The position numbers and the translations under genes were made by a program. This document shows positions 13,007 through 24,669 of a stretch of 64,000 nt of DNA, piece after piece (the stretch's first letter is position 1; the number at the start of each line of letters is the position of its first letter). Source of the stretch: Chiloscyllium plagiosum (Eukaryota); the NCBI RefSeq assembly GCF_004010195.1, contig NC_057720.1, forward strand, positions 23,052,567 through 23,116,566, written 5' to 3'. The notes beneath the pieces were generated by a model that had not been told where the DNA came from, made no database searches, and saw nothing but the letters and a program-made list of their open reading frames with translations.

Positions 13007-15689
13007 AATACTACTGGTCTGACAGCCTCGATTACTTGAACAATCAGTCACATCCTGTGTATAGAGGCTTATGATCTGTGGTCATTAATATTAAGTAGTT
13101 TGGTGACATCTTATCTGCAGGGACGTTGTTGCAGCTAGGGTTTCCCAGTGTGGGAGAAAGCCCTTGGGGCTCCTGCCAATGGGTGCGGAGGTGAAATGTC
13201 ATTGTCAGTGAGAGAATCCCATTAGCAGGTTGTTTAGTTAACGTGTTTCGTCCGATTAGGAAATGATTTGTTCATAGCCAATTCCTGTGTATAGCTTGAG
13301 TCATCACTGGTATTGTGGGTGCTTTCCCTCTTAGCTAGGGAAAATGACTTCCAAAATCAAAATGGTTTCCCCTTCTCCCACAATGCCTCAAAAATTTTAG
13401 ACTTCTCATCAGAAGAACTAGAATGCAATGGTGAGCTTTCTTTCTCTTTTTACGATTGTTATACAGCTGAAACAAAATATGACACTGTCTGCATTGTGCA
13501 CGATGTGATGGTTGTTCAATCAATTAAACCACACATAAACACATTTAAAATTCAATTGGGAGTTCTTACATTCCATGTCAACTTAAACTTGCAGAAGCAG
13601 AGTATAGCTTTAAGTTGGTGTTAGAGATCAGAATTTATTTTGTCTGGCTTAAGCATATCTGCCTGTCTGCTATTATGGGCCTCTTATCTTTTGATAAGAC
13701 TGCAAAAAAGACCCTATGGAATACGCTAGGAAGGTGACAGAATGGGCAAATAATGGGGCGGGTTGATATTGGAAAGAAACTGGCTCCGTTCCTGTTGTCT
13801 CGGCAATCAAGTTTTGGGATGGGGAAAGTCCCATGGAAGATATTCCTGATCTTCCATTAATTAAGACCCTTAAGTGGTCAATTCACAACTGTCCAAGTGC
13901 TCAACTCATCACAGACCCAATAATCCACCTTCCTTGGCAGGAAACTAAGATTTGTTGGGGGTGGCTCAATGTTCCCCAATCTGAGAGTAATTGGGGACGT
14001 GATTGGAGATTGAACCCCCTCTGATCTCCCTGAAACCTCCACCACATTAAACCCCCTACAAAATAAAAGTCGCCTCTTTCCTAATCAAAGTCTTTGAGTA
14101 CACAGGCTGGCATTGACTCTCTCCAGCTCCCAGTGACTGGCCTACAACTTTGGGCAAGGTGGGACTTACCAGACATGCACCTCATGTGATGAGAACTGGT
14201 CAGCACTTTAAACACCTGATTGACACTTAATTGATCAGCCTTTCCTGCTCGTAGCTATGGGACTTTGTTAAAGATGCCTGGCCCCACAAACGATGCAAAA
14301 GAAAGTTAAATCCTGCCTGTCATCTATGTTTCTCTCCACTAGAAACTGCCTGAGCTATATTCAGTATTTTTCATCTTTATTCCATGTTTCCAGGATCTGC
14401 TGCATTTGTTCTGGAATCCTTTAATAGGTGACAGGCTTCTTTACATCTCAAGACATCATTTGGGACTCTTCTCCCTGGATGATCATTGTTCAATGCCTGT
14501 AGGTGACTTTCCCTAATGAGTAATTTCCTCGCAGTCTTTAAAGATCATTCAGGATTCAGTATACCTAGATGAAAACCTCTCTGTGGAACAAGAAAGGCAT
14601 TATTCAATTTATGACATGAGATAGATGGCTCGCACCATAAAAATGAGGAAAGACTACAGGCATCATGTAGGTGATGAAAAGCATGACAGTGCACATATTA
14701 AGTGTAGCTGTGGAATATTTATTAAGAGAGCTTGACAAAATTATTAATGATTTCACAAAAGCGAAATAACAAACTAGAATATTATGCACACTTGAGTGAA
14801 TTAGCTGATTGCACACGGCCAGCAGGGAGCCTACTTGAGTGTGGCTCCAGTCAGAGAATTGGTTTTACAGCATTTGCAGTACTGTCCCCACTCCACGCTT
14901 CTCTCAAATGTGACTCTCTGCTTCTTTTTGGGGGTGGGGGTCAAGCAATTTACTTCACTGCTTTCAATTACATTCACTGCATTGAGAAATCGTTTAGCAA
15001 AAATAAAAAGCAGTTTGTACAAGCAAGCTGCTTGTATTCTGAAAATTCACCTGCTCATTGAAATATTTTGAACATTGAAGTTATCGCTCCTTCAGGGCAC
15101 AGAAGTGCTATTTTTGAAAACAATAGAGCCTCTTCAATGATTTTACTGTGGCCTCAATGGATTGAATTCTACTTTCTTCCATGATCAATTGCTTGTTTCT
15201 TTAGTCCTTACAGCTGTGTGGCATATTTTAAAAATCTCTAATTACAGAGATCATGCTCTACCCATTTTTATATTTATTCTTTCATGGGGTGTGCGTATTA
15301 TGGGTGGGCCTGTACATCTTGCCCATCCCTAGTTGCTCTTGTTCAGTCATCTGCATTTGACAATGCACACTTAATCCAAAGAAAATACCCTTGAATTTAG
15401 GTGAGCTCCTTGGATAGAATAAATAATTCTGACACAACCTTACGTGGTCGTTTTTACCACTCGCTCGATTGTCAATGCCAATCAAGCGAGCTGTTGTTCT
15501 TGTGTGCAGAGGCTCTGGAGTAAACCTAAATGTTGATGAAAAACTGCCCTCCAGCATAGTGACGACATCTTTTCAGAAATACAAGGGGATTTCTCTCCAT
15601 CAGTGGTATCACTAGAATGAGTTGTTAACATGAAACCTACCATGGTCAATTTCTATTTGCGTTTTTAAAAATACGCCTGGCCACATTTC

Positions 15690-16108
15690 CACATAAGACT
15701 CTGTCATCTACTCAACAATGTGGAAAATTGTCCAAGTATGTATCATCCACAAAAAGAAGTACATTTCCAATCCTACTGTCAGTCCAATCTTGATAATCAT
15801 TAGTGTGAATCTAGATTAGAGTGGTGCTGGAAAAGCATAGCAGCTCAGGCAGCATATGAGGAGCAGGAAAATCGATGTTACAGGCAAAAGCCCTTCATCA
15901 GGAATAAACCTCTATTCCTGATGAAGGGCTTTTGCCCAAAACGTCGATTTTCCTGCTCCTCGGATGCTGCCTGACCTGCTGTGCTTTTCCAGCACCACTC
16001 TAATCTAGACTCTGCTTTCCAACATCTGCAGTCCTTGTTTTTACCTAATCAGCAGTGTGATCCAAAAGGTCATGAAAACTGCTATCAAGCGTCACTCACA
16101 CAACAATC
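15690..16108 (+). mobile_element. Old LINE RT fragment (same family as 16111-18475); resumes at 18476
   Basis: Diverged match to 17830-18005 (IYSTMWKIVQVCIIHKK...AIKRHSHNN). Confidence 0.65.
15809..16045. mobile_element. Palindromic (inverted) pLTR-type insert with two hammerhead remnants
   Basis: ~95-bp arms (15810-15906 vs 15913-16009). TSD taatca(tt/gc)agtgtga at 15794-15808 and 16046-16060. CTGATGAagggcttttgccc-aaaacgtc at 15918-15945. Confidence 0.85.
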
Positions 16109-16110
16109 AT

Positions 16111-18475
16111 GGGAAGGCAATGGCCTAGTACTATCGTCGCTAAACGATTAACCCCAAGACCCAGATAATGTTCTGGGGATGCAGGTTCAAATCCTGCCAT
16201 GGCAAATGGTGGAATTTGAATTGAATAAATTTTTTTTAAAAACTGGAATTAAGAATCTACTGATGATCATGAAACCATTGTTGATTGTCGGAGAAACCCA
16301 CCTAGTTCACTAATGTCCTTCAGGGAAGGAAATCTGTCATCCTCACCTGGTCTGGCCTACATGTGACTCCAGACCCACAGCAATGTGGTTGTATCTCAAT
16401 TGCTCTCTGAAATGGACTGGCAAGTCATTCAGTTGTACCAATCAACTACAAAGTCTCAAAGAAATCAAGCCAGATGGATCACCACGTGCTGGATGGGACA
16501 GACCTATGCACCAGAAAAGACAAAAGCAGAAATAACACTGTAGACCTTGCAAAGCCCTCCTCACTAACCTCTGAGCTAGTGCCAAAATTGGGAGAGCTGC
16601 CTCACACATGAGTCAAGCAACAGCCTGACATAGTCATACTCACAGTATCATACCTTACAGACAATGTCCCAGACACCACCATCACCATCCCTGGATATGT
16701 CCTGTCTCACTGGCAGGACAGACTCAGCAGAGGTGGTGGCACTGTCTTATTCAGTCAGGAGGGAATTGCTCTGGGAGTTCTCATCATTGACTCCGGACCT
16801 CATGGCTTCAGGTTAAACATGGGCAAGGAAACTTCCTGCTGATTACCACGTACTATCCTCCCTCAGCTGATGAATCCAGTACTCCTCCATGTTGAACAAC
16901 ACTTGGGGGAAGCACTGAGGGTGGTAAGGGCACAAGACATACCCTGGGTGGGGGATTTCAATGTCCACCAACATCAGTACTACTGATCATGCTGGGTGGG
17001 TCCTAAAAGACACAGTTGCTCGACTGCTTCTGTGGCAGGTCCTGAGTGAACCAACAAGTGAGAAAACCATGACAATATCGGTAAGAGTGACCAGTACACA
17101 GTTCTTGTGGGGACAGAGTCCCACAGAATACCCTTCATCATGTTGTGTGGCACTATCACTGTGCTAGATGGGACAGACTTCAAACAGATCTAACAACTCA
17201 AGACTGGGCATACATGAGATGTTGTGGGGCATTGACAGCAGCAGAATTGTACTCCAGCACAATCATGGCCAGACATATACCCCATTTAACCATTACTATC
17301 AAGCCAGGGGATCAACCTGCTTCAACAGAGAATGCAGGATTCATACCTGAAGGTAAGGTGTTAACCTGGTGAAGCCACCTTGCATGCCAAGCAACATAAG
17401 CAGCAAGTAGTAGACAGAACTAAGTGATTCCACAACCAACAGATCAAATCTAAACTCTGCAGTACTGCCAAATCCAGTCATGAACAGTGGTGGTTAGTTA
17501 AACAACTTACTGGTGGAGAACACTCCACAAATATTCCCATCCTCAATGATAGAAGAGCCCAGCACATCAGTGCAAAAGATAAGGCTAAAACTCTGGCAGC
17601 AATCTTCAGCCAGAAGTGCCAAGTTAATGATCCATCTTGTCCTCCTCCAATGGTCTCCAGCATTACAGATACCAGTCTTCAGCCAATTTGATTCACTCCA
17701 CATGACATGGAGAAGTGGCTGAAGGCAGTGGATACTGGCTACAGGCCCTGACAACATTCCAGCAATAGTATGAAGACTTGTGCTCCAGAACCTGCTGCTC
17801 CCCTAGCCAAGCTGTTCCAGTACAGTTATAACACTGACATCTACCCACCAATGAGGAAAATTGCCCAAATATGTCCTGTACAGAAAAAGCAGGACAAATC
17901 CAATCCAGCTAATTACTGCCCCATCAGTCTATTCTTGGTCATCAGTGAAGGGATGGACCATGTCATCAACAGTACTATCAGGCAGCACCTGCTCAGCCAT
18001 AACCTGCTCAGTGACGTCTAGCTTGGGTTCCACCAGGACCCAATCAGCTCCTGACATCATTAAAGCCTTGGTTTAAACTTGGACAAAAGAGCTAAATTCC
18101 AGAGTTGAGGTGAGAGTGACAGCCCTTGACACCAAGGCTGCACTCAACCAAGTGTGGCATCATGCAGCCTGAGCAAAACTAGTATCAATGAGTATCAGTG
18201 GGCAAACTCTCTGGTGGTTAGAGTCATACCTGATACATAGGAAGATCATCATGCTTGTTGGGGATCTGTCACCTCAGCTCCAGGACATCTCAGCAGGTGT
18301 TCCTCAGGGTAGTCTCCTAGGTTCAACCATCTTCAGCTGCTTCATCAATGACCTTACTTCCATCATAAGGTCAAAAGTGGGGATATTCACCAATGATTAT
18401 ACAATGTTCAACACCATTAACAACTTCTCAGGCACCGAAGCAGTCCGTGTCCAAATGCAACCAGATCTAGACAAT
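16111..18475 (+). mobile_element. Single-ORF APE-RT LINE (CR1/L2-group-like) with tRNA-like 5' head; 3' truncated and disrupted
   Basis: A-box-like tggcctagta (16121) and B-box GGTTCAAATCC (16184-16194). EN motifs QQPDIVILT, PGYVL..QDR..RGGG and VGDFNVH. RT motifs APLAKLF, NYCPISL, GVPQGSLLG, FINDL and FTND (decayed FADD). Confidence 0.9.
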
Positions 18476-19190
18476 AAGTTGAGAGTGATTGTACTTGACA
18501 TCAATGCAGTATTTGAATGAGTGGAGCCAATGTGAATTGGGTCGGGGGAGCGGGGGGAAAATATCTGATTGGAATCATATCTAGTATCTCAGTTTCAGGT
18601 CATCTGTGCAGTAGCTCCTCATGGTAGTGTCCTGGGCCATCTTCAGCTATTTCTCTAATAACCATCCCTCTGCCACAAGGTCAGAAATTAGGATGTTCAC
18701 TGATAATTGCACAATATTATTATCATTTGTGTCTTGTTAAATACAGAAGCATTTTGGGACTTGGATGGTTATCAGGCTATGGCTGAGAAGTGGCAAATAC
18801 CATTTGTACCACACAGGTGTCAAGCAACGATCATCTTCAACAAGAAAGAATTTAATCATCACCTCTTTACATTCATTGGCATTACCATCACTGAATTCCT
18901 CACTACAGACATCCTGGAGATTACCATGACCAAATACTGAACTGGAACAAGTATATAAATACTGCAGCCCTGAGCCTGTCGGAGGCTGGAAATGCTATGT
19001 TGGTCTCCTGTTACACCAATGCTGGTCTGTCATCTACAAGACACAAGTCATGAGTGCAATATAAAACTTTCTACTTGCTGCATTTATGTAGTTCCAAAAG
19101 CACTCAAGCTTGATACAATCTGGGATGAAGCAACCTGCATCATCAGCACTCCATATCACCTTTAATATTCATTCCCTTGACTACTGAAAC
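18476..19190 (+). mobile_element. Continuation of the older LINE copy (RT to 3' region)
   Basis: LRVIVLDINAVF, P.GSVLG and AEKWQIPFVPHRCQA repeat motifs already present in 18110-18470, at higher divergence. Confidence 0.7.
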
Positions 19191-20789
19191 TTCACAAAAA
19201 TTATGCCTCATGTTGAATTTATCTAATAAGTCCAAGTTTTTGCTAAAAGTTCCTTAACAACGGATTTTGGCAAATTCTTGATAATTAATATCACATTAGT
19301 TGGCCTGTAATTCCCCTTTCTTTCTTCCATCTGTTTTTGACTTATAGGCTTATTCTGCTCAACCAAATAGAATCCGGGGAATTTTTGAAAATCATAATAA
19401 GCTTAGCTCAAGGCTGAACTGATGGTGATCAATTAGCCTGTGAAAAAGCTAAGCATGTTTTATTAAACTGGCATTATATTCATTATAACCTTTTGATCTG
19501 AGAGAAAGATCATTATAACTGATACGGGACTGTTGAAACAAGTGACCTCATTAGCCAAGTCATACAAAATAGTCACTGTTGCATAATTGCTTGGTTTTTA
19601 AAAATAATTTGTAATGTGTCATTTTTTTAAAGGCACTCTGGTTTAATGTCTCAGATCATTGTGCACTCTATCATTTGGACATAAGGTTTAGTAATCAAGA
19701 AAGGAAAGGAAAATGCAGGGTAGATTTTTTCATTCAATATCGCAGCACTTATAATAAAAAGGGACATTAGACTAATTCTTAAGTGAAAAGTAACCAAGGA
19801 AGCAATAAAATGAACTAATCAAGCTGTGGAAAACAAATTCTACACATGGTCTGTTCAATTTAGCGTAACATCTATTTGTTCTGAGACTTATTGCTTCAAG
19901 GGTAAGTGAAGGCTTTCTGGTATCTGGTATCTGGTATCTTGACAATTCACAGACTAAAATTTAACTTGTGTCTTGCTGGCTATTAAACAATACCAAAATC
20001 ATGTCTATTGATCAGATATGCCTGGTTTAACCTCTAGCAAAGACACAATTTTCAGTGCAATAAGACATAACTACTTAATATTGGATGTTAAATTTAGTGG
20101 AGAAACTTTAACACAAGCACTTTAAAATTGCTTTATATTGTGTTCTTTCTGACATGCTCCATAACACAGTGCAAGAAAATGATTTGAATTTCAGTACATA
20201 TGTATTTTTGTAGGGGGAATTGAATTTTATTTTGCGAGCTTGCAGTAATGCTGCATGCTACATGTTCAGTATCAAAATGTGAAACAGCATGGTTAAGGAT
20301 ACATTATGAAGCTATTTCCTGCTCTATTAGCCTATATTTTATTATTTATAAACTATGGAGGGCAATGCTTTGTGAGTAAAGCAAGGTAAATAGTGCAAAC
20401 ACATCCAGTAATGATTATGTTGTGGTACGACTTATTAGTTAATGGAAATCTAAGCAAAGTGAGTAGAAGTGGAATGTATTGTCTACTTAAAAGGAAGCGG
20501 TATCAGTGTAATTAGTCTCTGAGCCTCTAACCAATGTTGCAATACTTTGCACATTATATACACATGCTTAGTCATCAATGGCATCTGAGGCTAATGGGAA
20601 CTGTTTGATTGACTTTTATGCCATAAGATTGAAAAGCACGTTTAATAAATATTGTTTGCTGATCAAAAGTTAAAGACTGCATGATATCCCGGTGACTTCA
20701 AATTTAAATAGATAGACTTTATACTATTAATGAAAAGGAAATGTACACTTCAAGGACATACACAAGCTTGACTTTGAAAACATAATGGC

Positions 20790-20940
20790 AAAAGTGAGCA
20801 CTGCAGGTGCTGGAAATCAGAGTCTAGATTAGAATGGTGCTGGAAAAGCGGGCCCGGTCAGGCAGCATCCAAGGAGCAGGAAAAACAAGACCTAATGAAG
20901 GGCTTTTGCCCGAAACGTCTATTTTCCCACTCCTCATGAT
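20790..20940. mobile_element. Rearranged inverted pLTR-type insert
   Basis: Matches 15810-15870 and 15917-15965; contains cctaatgaagggcttttgcccgaaacgtc. Confidence 0.75.
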
Positions 20941-21608
20941 GTTATGACTGTGGATTTAATAGTTTTAATCATGTTTCTGATCATTTGGCATCCACAGAAA
21001 TTATTCTGTCGTGTTTTTAATGTTTAAGGCTTTTCTTTGAACAACAGCAAAATTTGAATGAGATATAGTTAACATTTGGAGTCTAGGGACTATTGTACAG
21101 CAGAGATTATTAAATTATACAATCTATTTGTCCATCTTTGAAAGTAACATTGAGTCAGTTGTTTGGAAATTGTAAGGTATTAATGTGTGAGAATGGTGTG
21201 AAATTAATTCCCTGCTAAATGAAATGTTGTGGACAAAGGGCACATTTGTGATCAGGGAGAGACAAAGGAAGCTTAAAGCAGAGGAGTAGCAGCCATTCCA
21301 ATTCTAACACCTGGCTGCCCAACCACACCACCCATGACTGCAGAATCATCATTTTGACAATGGCCAAAAGCAAAAGCAACAGAAAATTCTTCTTCTCAAA
21401 ATTCAAAAATCAGTTGTAGATGTGACAAAAAAATTAAGAAATTGTCCTTGAGTTAATCAACTGCTTCAAAGGACAAATCAGCAACTTACTTGTATGTAAT
21501 GGTTTTAAAAAAGCTGTAAAAAAGTCAATCTTTGATACTATTTGTATCATGAATCAGATATTTGAGTAGAACAATTTCACAAAAGGTTCTACAGAATTCA
21601 CAATTATA

Positions 21609-21838
21609 GGGCGGCACGGTGGCACAGTGTTTGGAGTTTGCACGTTCTCCCCGTGTCTGCGTGGGTTTCCTCCCACAGTCCAAAGATGTGCAGGTTAGGT
21701 GAATTGGCCATGCTAAATTGCCCGTAGTGTTAGGTAAGGGGTAAATGTAGGGGTATGGGTGGGTTGCGCTTCGGCAGGGCGGTGTGGACTTGTTGGGCCG
21801 AAGGGCCTGTCTCCACACTGTAAGTAATCTAATCTAAT
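21609..21838 (+). mobile_element. HE1-type V-SINE with internal deletion removing the B-box
   Basis: gggcggcacggtggcacagtg fused directly to tggagtttgcacgttctcccc; (aatct)n tail. Confidence 0.9.
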
Positions 21839-22394
21839 ATATTTTAACTACAGTTTTGAATACTTCAGTGCTGTGTCTGAGAAGCAATTGGAAGAGTACG
21901 ATGGTGGGTGTAAACTCTACAACATACAATATCATCTTGTGGAATGACTTCCATGTTACGTGCATATATGTCTGTTCTTCGCTTATAATATGGGTGTAGA
22001 TTTCTAAATTATGTTTCTTTTGCATGTATAATAGCTCTTCGTAATTAGTTTGCTCTACATATCAGAGGATTTTTCTGGACAGCCCTTAGTTTTATGTTGT
22101 CTAGATCTTCAATTGCTTGCATATTTCTTGCTTCATTGTTTTGAGCCATCATTGAAACATCCATCACAATTTACAGTGAAGAGAGAACTGGTCTTCCTTT
22201 GGCGAGTTATGAGCTCAGTAAAATAAAGATGAGAAAGAAAAGCTCAAGGAGAGGCAATAAATACAATTGTAATGACTCCTTATATAGTTTAATCAGATCA
22301 ATTCATAGATTAGTGTCTGTATTAGTAGAACACTAGGAAAACATCAGAGGAGACTTCCTTTGAAAGCCATGCTTCTCAAGAGACCAATCTGCTA

Positions 22395-22609
22395 CTAAGC
22401 TAACTCCACAGGGCCAAGACCGCCACCAAGTCATCCTTTATTTACACATGGAAAGTCCTTGACTCTGGCACAGCCTCATCAGAGTCAGCACCCAAACTGT
22501 CAGAACTTCTGACACTCCTCTTTTTTTATATGTCCCTGATTGGATCAGATTAACATCCCTAATTAGGGAACTCATATTCTATGATGTCGAGCTGGCTGAT
22601 CTTATTACA
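22395..22609 (-). mobile_element. Short LTR-like element
   Basis: Minus strand starts tgtaataag, with CCAAT, TATAAAA and AATAAA in LTR order. No clear TSD. Confidence 0.5.
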
Positions 22610-24199
22610 TAGCTGTAGTGATTGTAACAAGGTGCAGAAAACATCAGGATGACAGTTAGCTCCTCCATTGCAAATGATGACTATAAGTTTACAGCACGGA
22701 AGGAGAACATTCAGTTCGCGCAATCCAAAATATCGTACCACATTGTTCTCTTGATGCGGATTTCTCCCTCTCACTGTTCCAATTATTTATCAAATTATCC
22801 CTTACTCAACCATTTCCTGTGACAACATCTTCTATGCTCCAATTCTATTCTATACCTTCTGTACAAAAAAGTTCTCTCTCAGTGGAACATTCCCATTGAG
22901 CCCATTCTCTCAGTGACAAGTCTAAAGCCTTGATCACACCTCAAACTGCGACAGGAGAAAATAGGCATTTTTGCTCAGTAGATCTAAATTCATAATTTTC
23001 TAAACCTTGGCTGACAATCCTTCTTTTATTAAGACTAAATAGGGTAATAAGAGATCCAGTGCAGATTTCTAGTTCAGACTTGGCTATTTCCTAAATTGCT
23101 TCATGCATCACCAAATATATCATCACAGCCCCATAACGTCAGGATTTTTAAGATTACAATGGATTGCAGCCCCCACATGATCACAATGAATTGGTGAGAA
23201 CACATCCTCAGTGATCATAGTTCTCAGCCAATAACATAAGCAATAATTAGTTGGAGAGGGGACTTCCATCTCATTTGTACAGTAGTCCTGCCTCAGAGAG
23301 CTGCCAGCCCAACCTGATTGGTCAGTAGTGTTGTAGGTCTTGATACACCATGAGGTGAGGCCTGAGGTTGGAGGAGGGAGTGGCCAGAGGAATGGTGTGT
23401 TAATACAAGAGGCCAAGAAGGAAGGAGGACCGATGAAGTATTAAGTGAGGAATGTGAAGAACTTGAAGTAGAAAGGGTAACTTTGAGGAAGGGGCCCCTC
23501 CTATCTCCTGCTTGAGCTCTGAGCTGGGTGACTTATTGGTCTTCCCCAACTGCAGAACCCTTCCCATCAACGCAAGGTGAGGCTAAGTAGGAGGCACCTT
23601 TTCGGTGGCTGATAATTGAACATTAAAGGACCTTATTTGGGATTTGGGTCAGTGGACCTCCCTCGGCCTTAACTACCTTTCCTTAAAATTGCAGACAGGC
23701 AGCCTCCAGAGAATTTTACCCATAGTCCCACAGACCTATTGATGAGAAAACTGTAAACTTTTATTCTCCTATCTCCTTGTTTGAGTTCTTTCTTATTATC
23801 TTTATATTCTTTGAGGAATCTGTCTGTCTACAAATTCCTAAACCTTCAGAGAAAAAGATAGAATAGAATCCCTATGCGTGTCTCTTTTTTGCTTTTTGAC
23901 GAAGCTTTCACTTTCTCTTGAATATCCAGTGTTCCTGGATCTTGCCATCTGGTTATGAACTTTAAGATTCCCACATGACAGATCAGGAATTACTCTCAAA
24001 CAGTCACCCCTAATCTGCATTCACCAGTTTCTGCCTAATATTTTGGCAGTTAGCCTTCCCTCAATTTAATACTTTCACCCAAAGTATCCTTATCCATAAG
24101 TAATTTAAAATGTATAGAATTATGGTCACTGTTCCTGAAATGGTCCACCACTGAGTCTTTAATGACCTGGCCGGGGTAATACCTAATACCATGTCTAGT

Positions 24200-24526
24200 A
24201 TTACATTACATTTTTTTTTTACATTACATTACAGTGTGGAAACAGGCCCTTTGGCCCAACAAGTCCACACCGACCCGCCGAAGCGCAACCCACCCATACC
24301 CCTACACTTACCCCTTACCTAACACTACGGGCAATTTAGCATGGCCAATTCACCTGACCTGCACATCTTTGGACGGTGGGAGGAAACCGGAGCACCTGGA
24401 GGAAACCCACGCAGACACGGGGAGAACGTGCAAACTCCAAAAAGTCAGTCGCCTGAGGCGGGAATTGAACCCAGGTCTCAGGCGCTGTGAGGCAGCAGTG
24501 CTAACCACTGTGCCACCCTGCCACCC
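24200..24526 (-). mobile_element. HE1-type V-SINE, full length, inserted in an old CR1 EN fragment
   Basis: Near-identical reverse complement of 40032-40350; A/B boxes present. Confidence 0.95.
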
Positions 24527-24669
24527 ACGGCCTCTTCCCTAGCTGAACTATTTACATGTTGCTTTAAGAGATAACTCTATTATTCAATTATATCAGGGTT
24601 GATCATCTACCTCAAAGCCATTTTTCATAATATCCTCACATCTCTTAATATCATTAGTTTCCAGAAACG

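Noticed and set aside
14440..14600. Good minus-strand splice acceptor near 14581
   Set aside because: All three frames stop within ~12 codons and there is no convincing donor.
22455..22490. CTGATGA within a hairpin on the minus strand, as a possible hammerhead
   Set aside because: No GAAA..UH after the stem; lies within an LTR-like element.
24234..24542. Repeated ~100-aa ORF MWKQAL.PNKSTPT (also 21525, 38684, 40028)
   Set aside because: Antisense translation of V-SINE copies, not a gene family.
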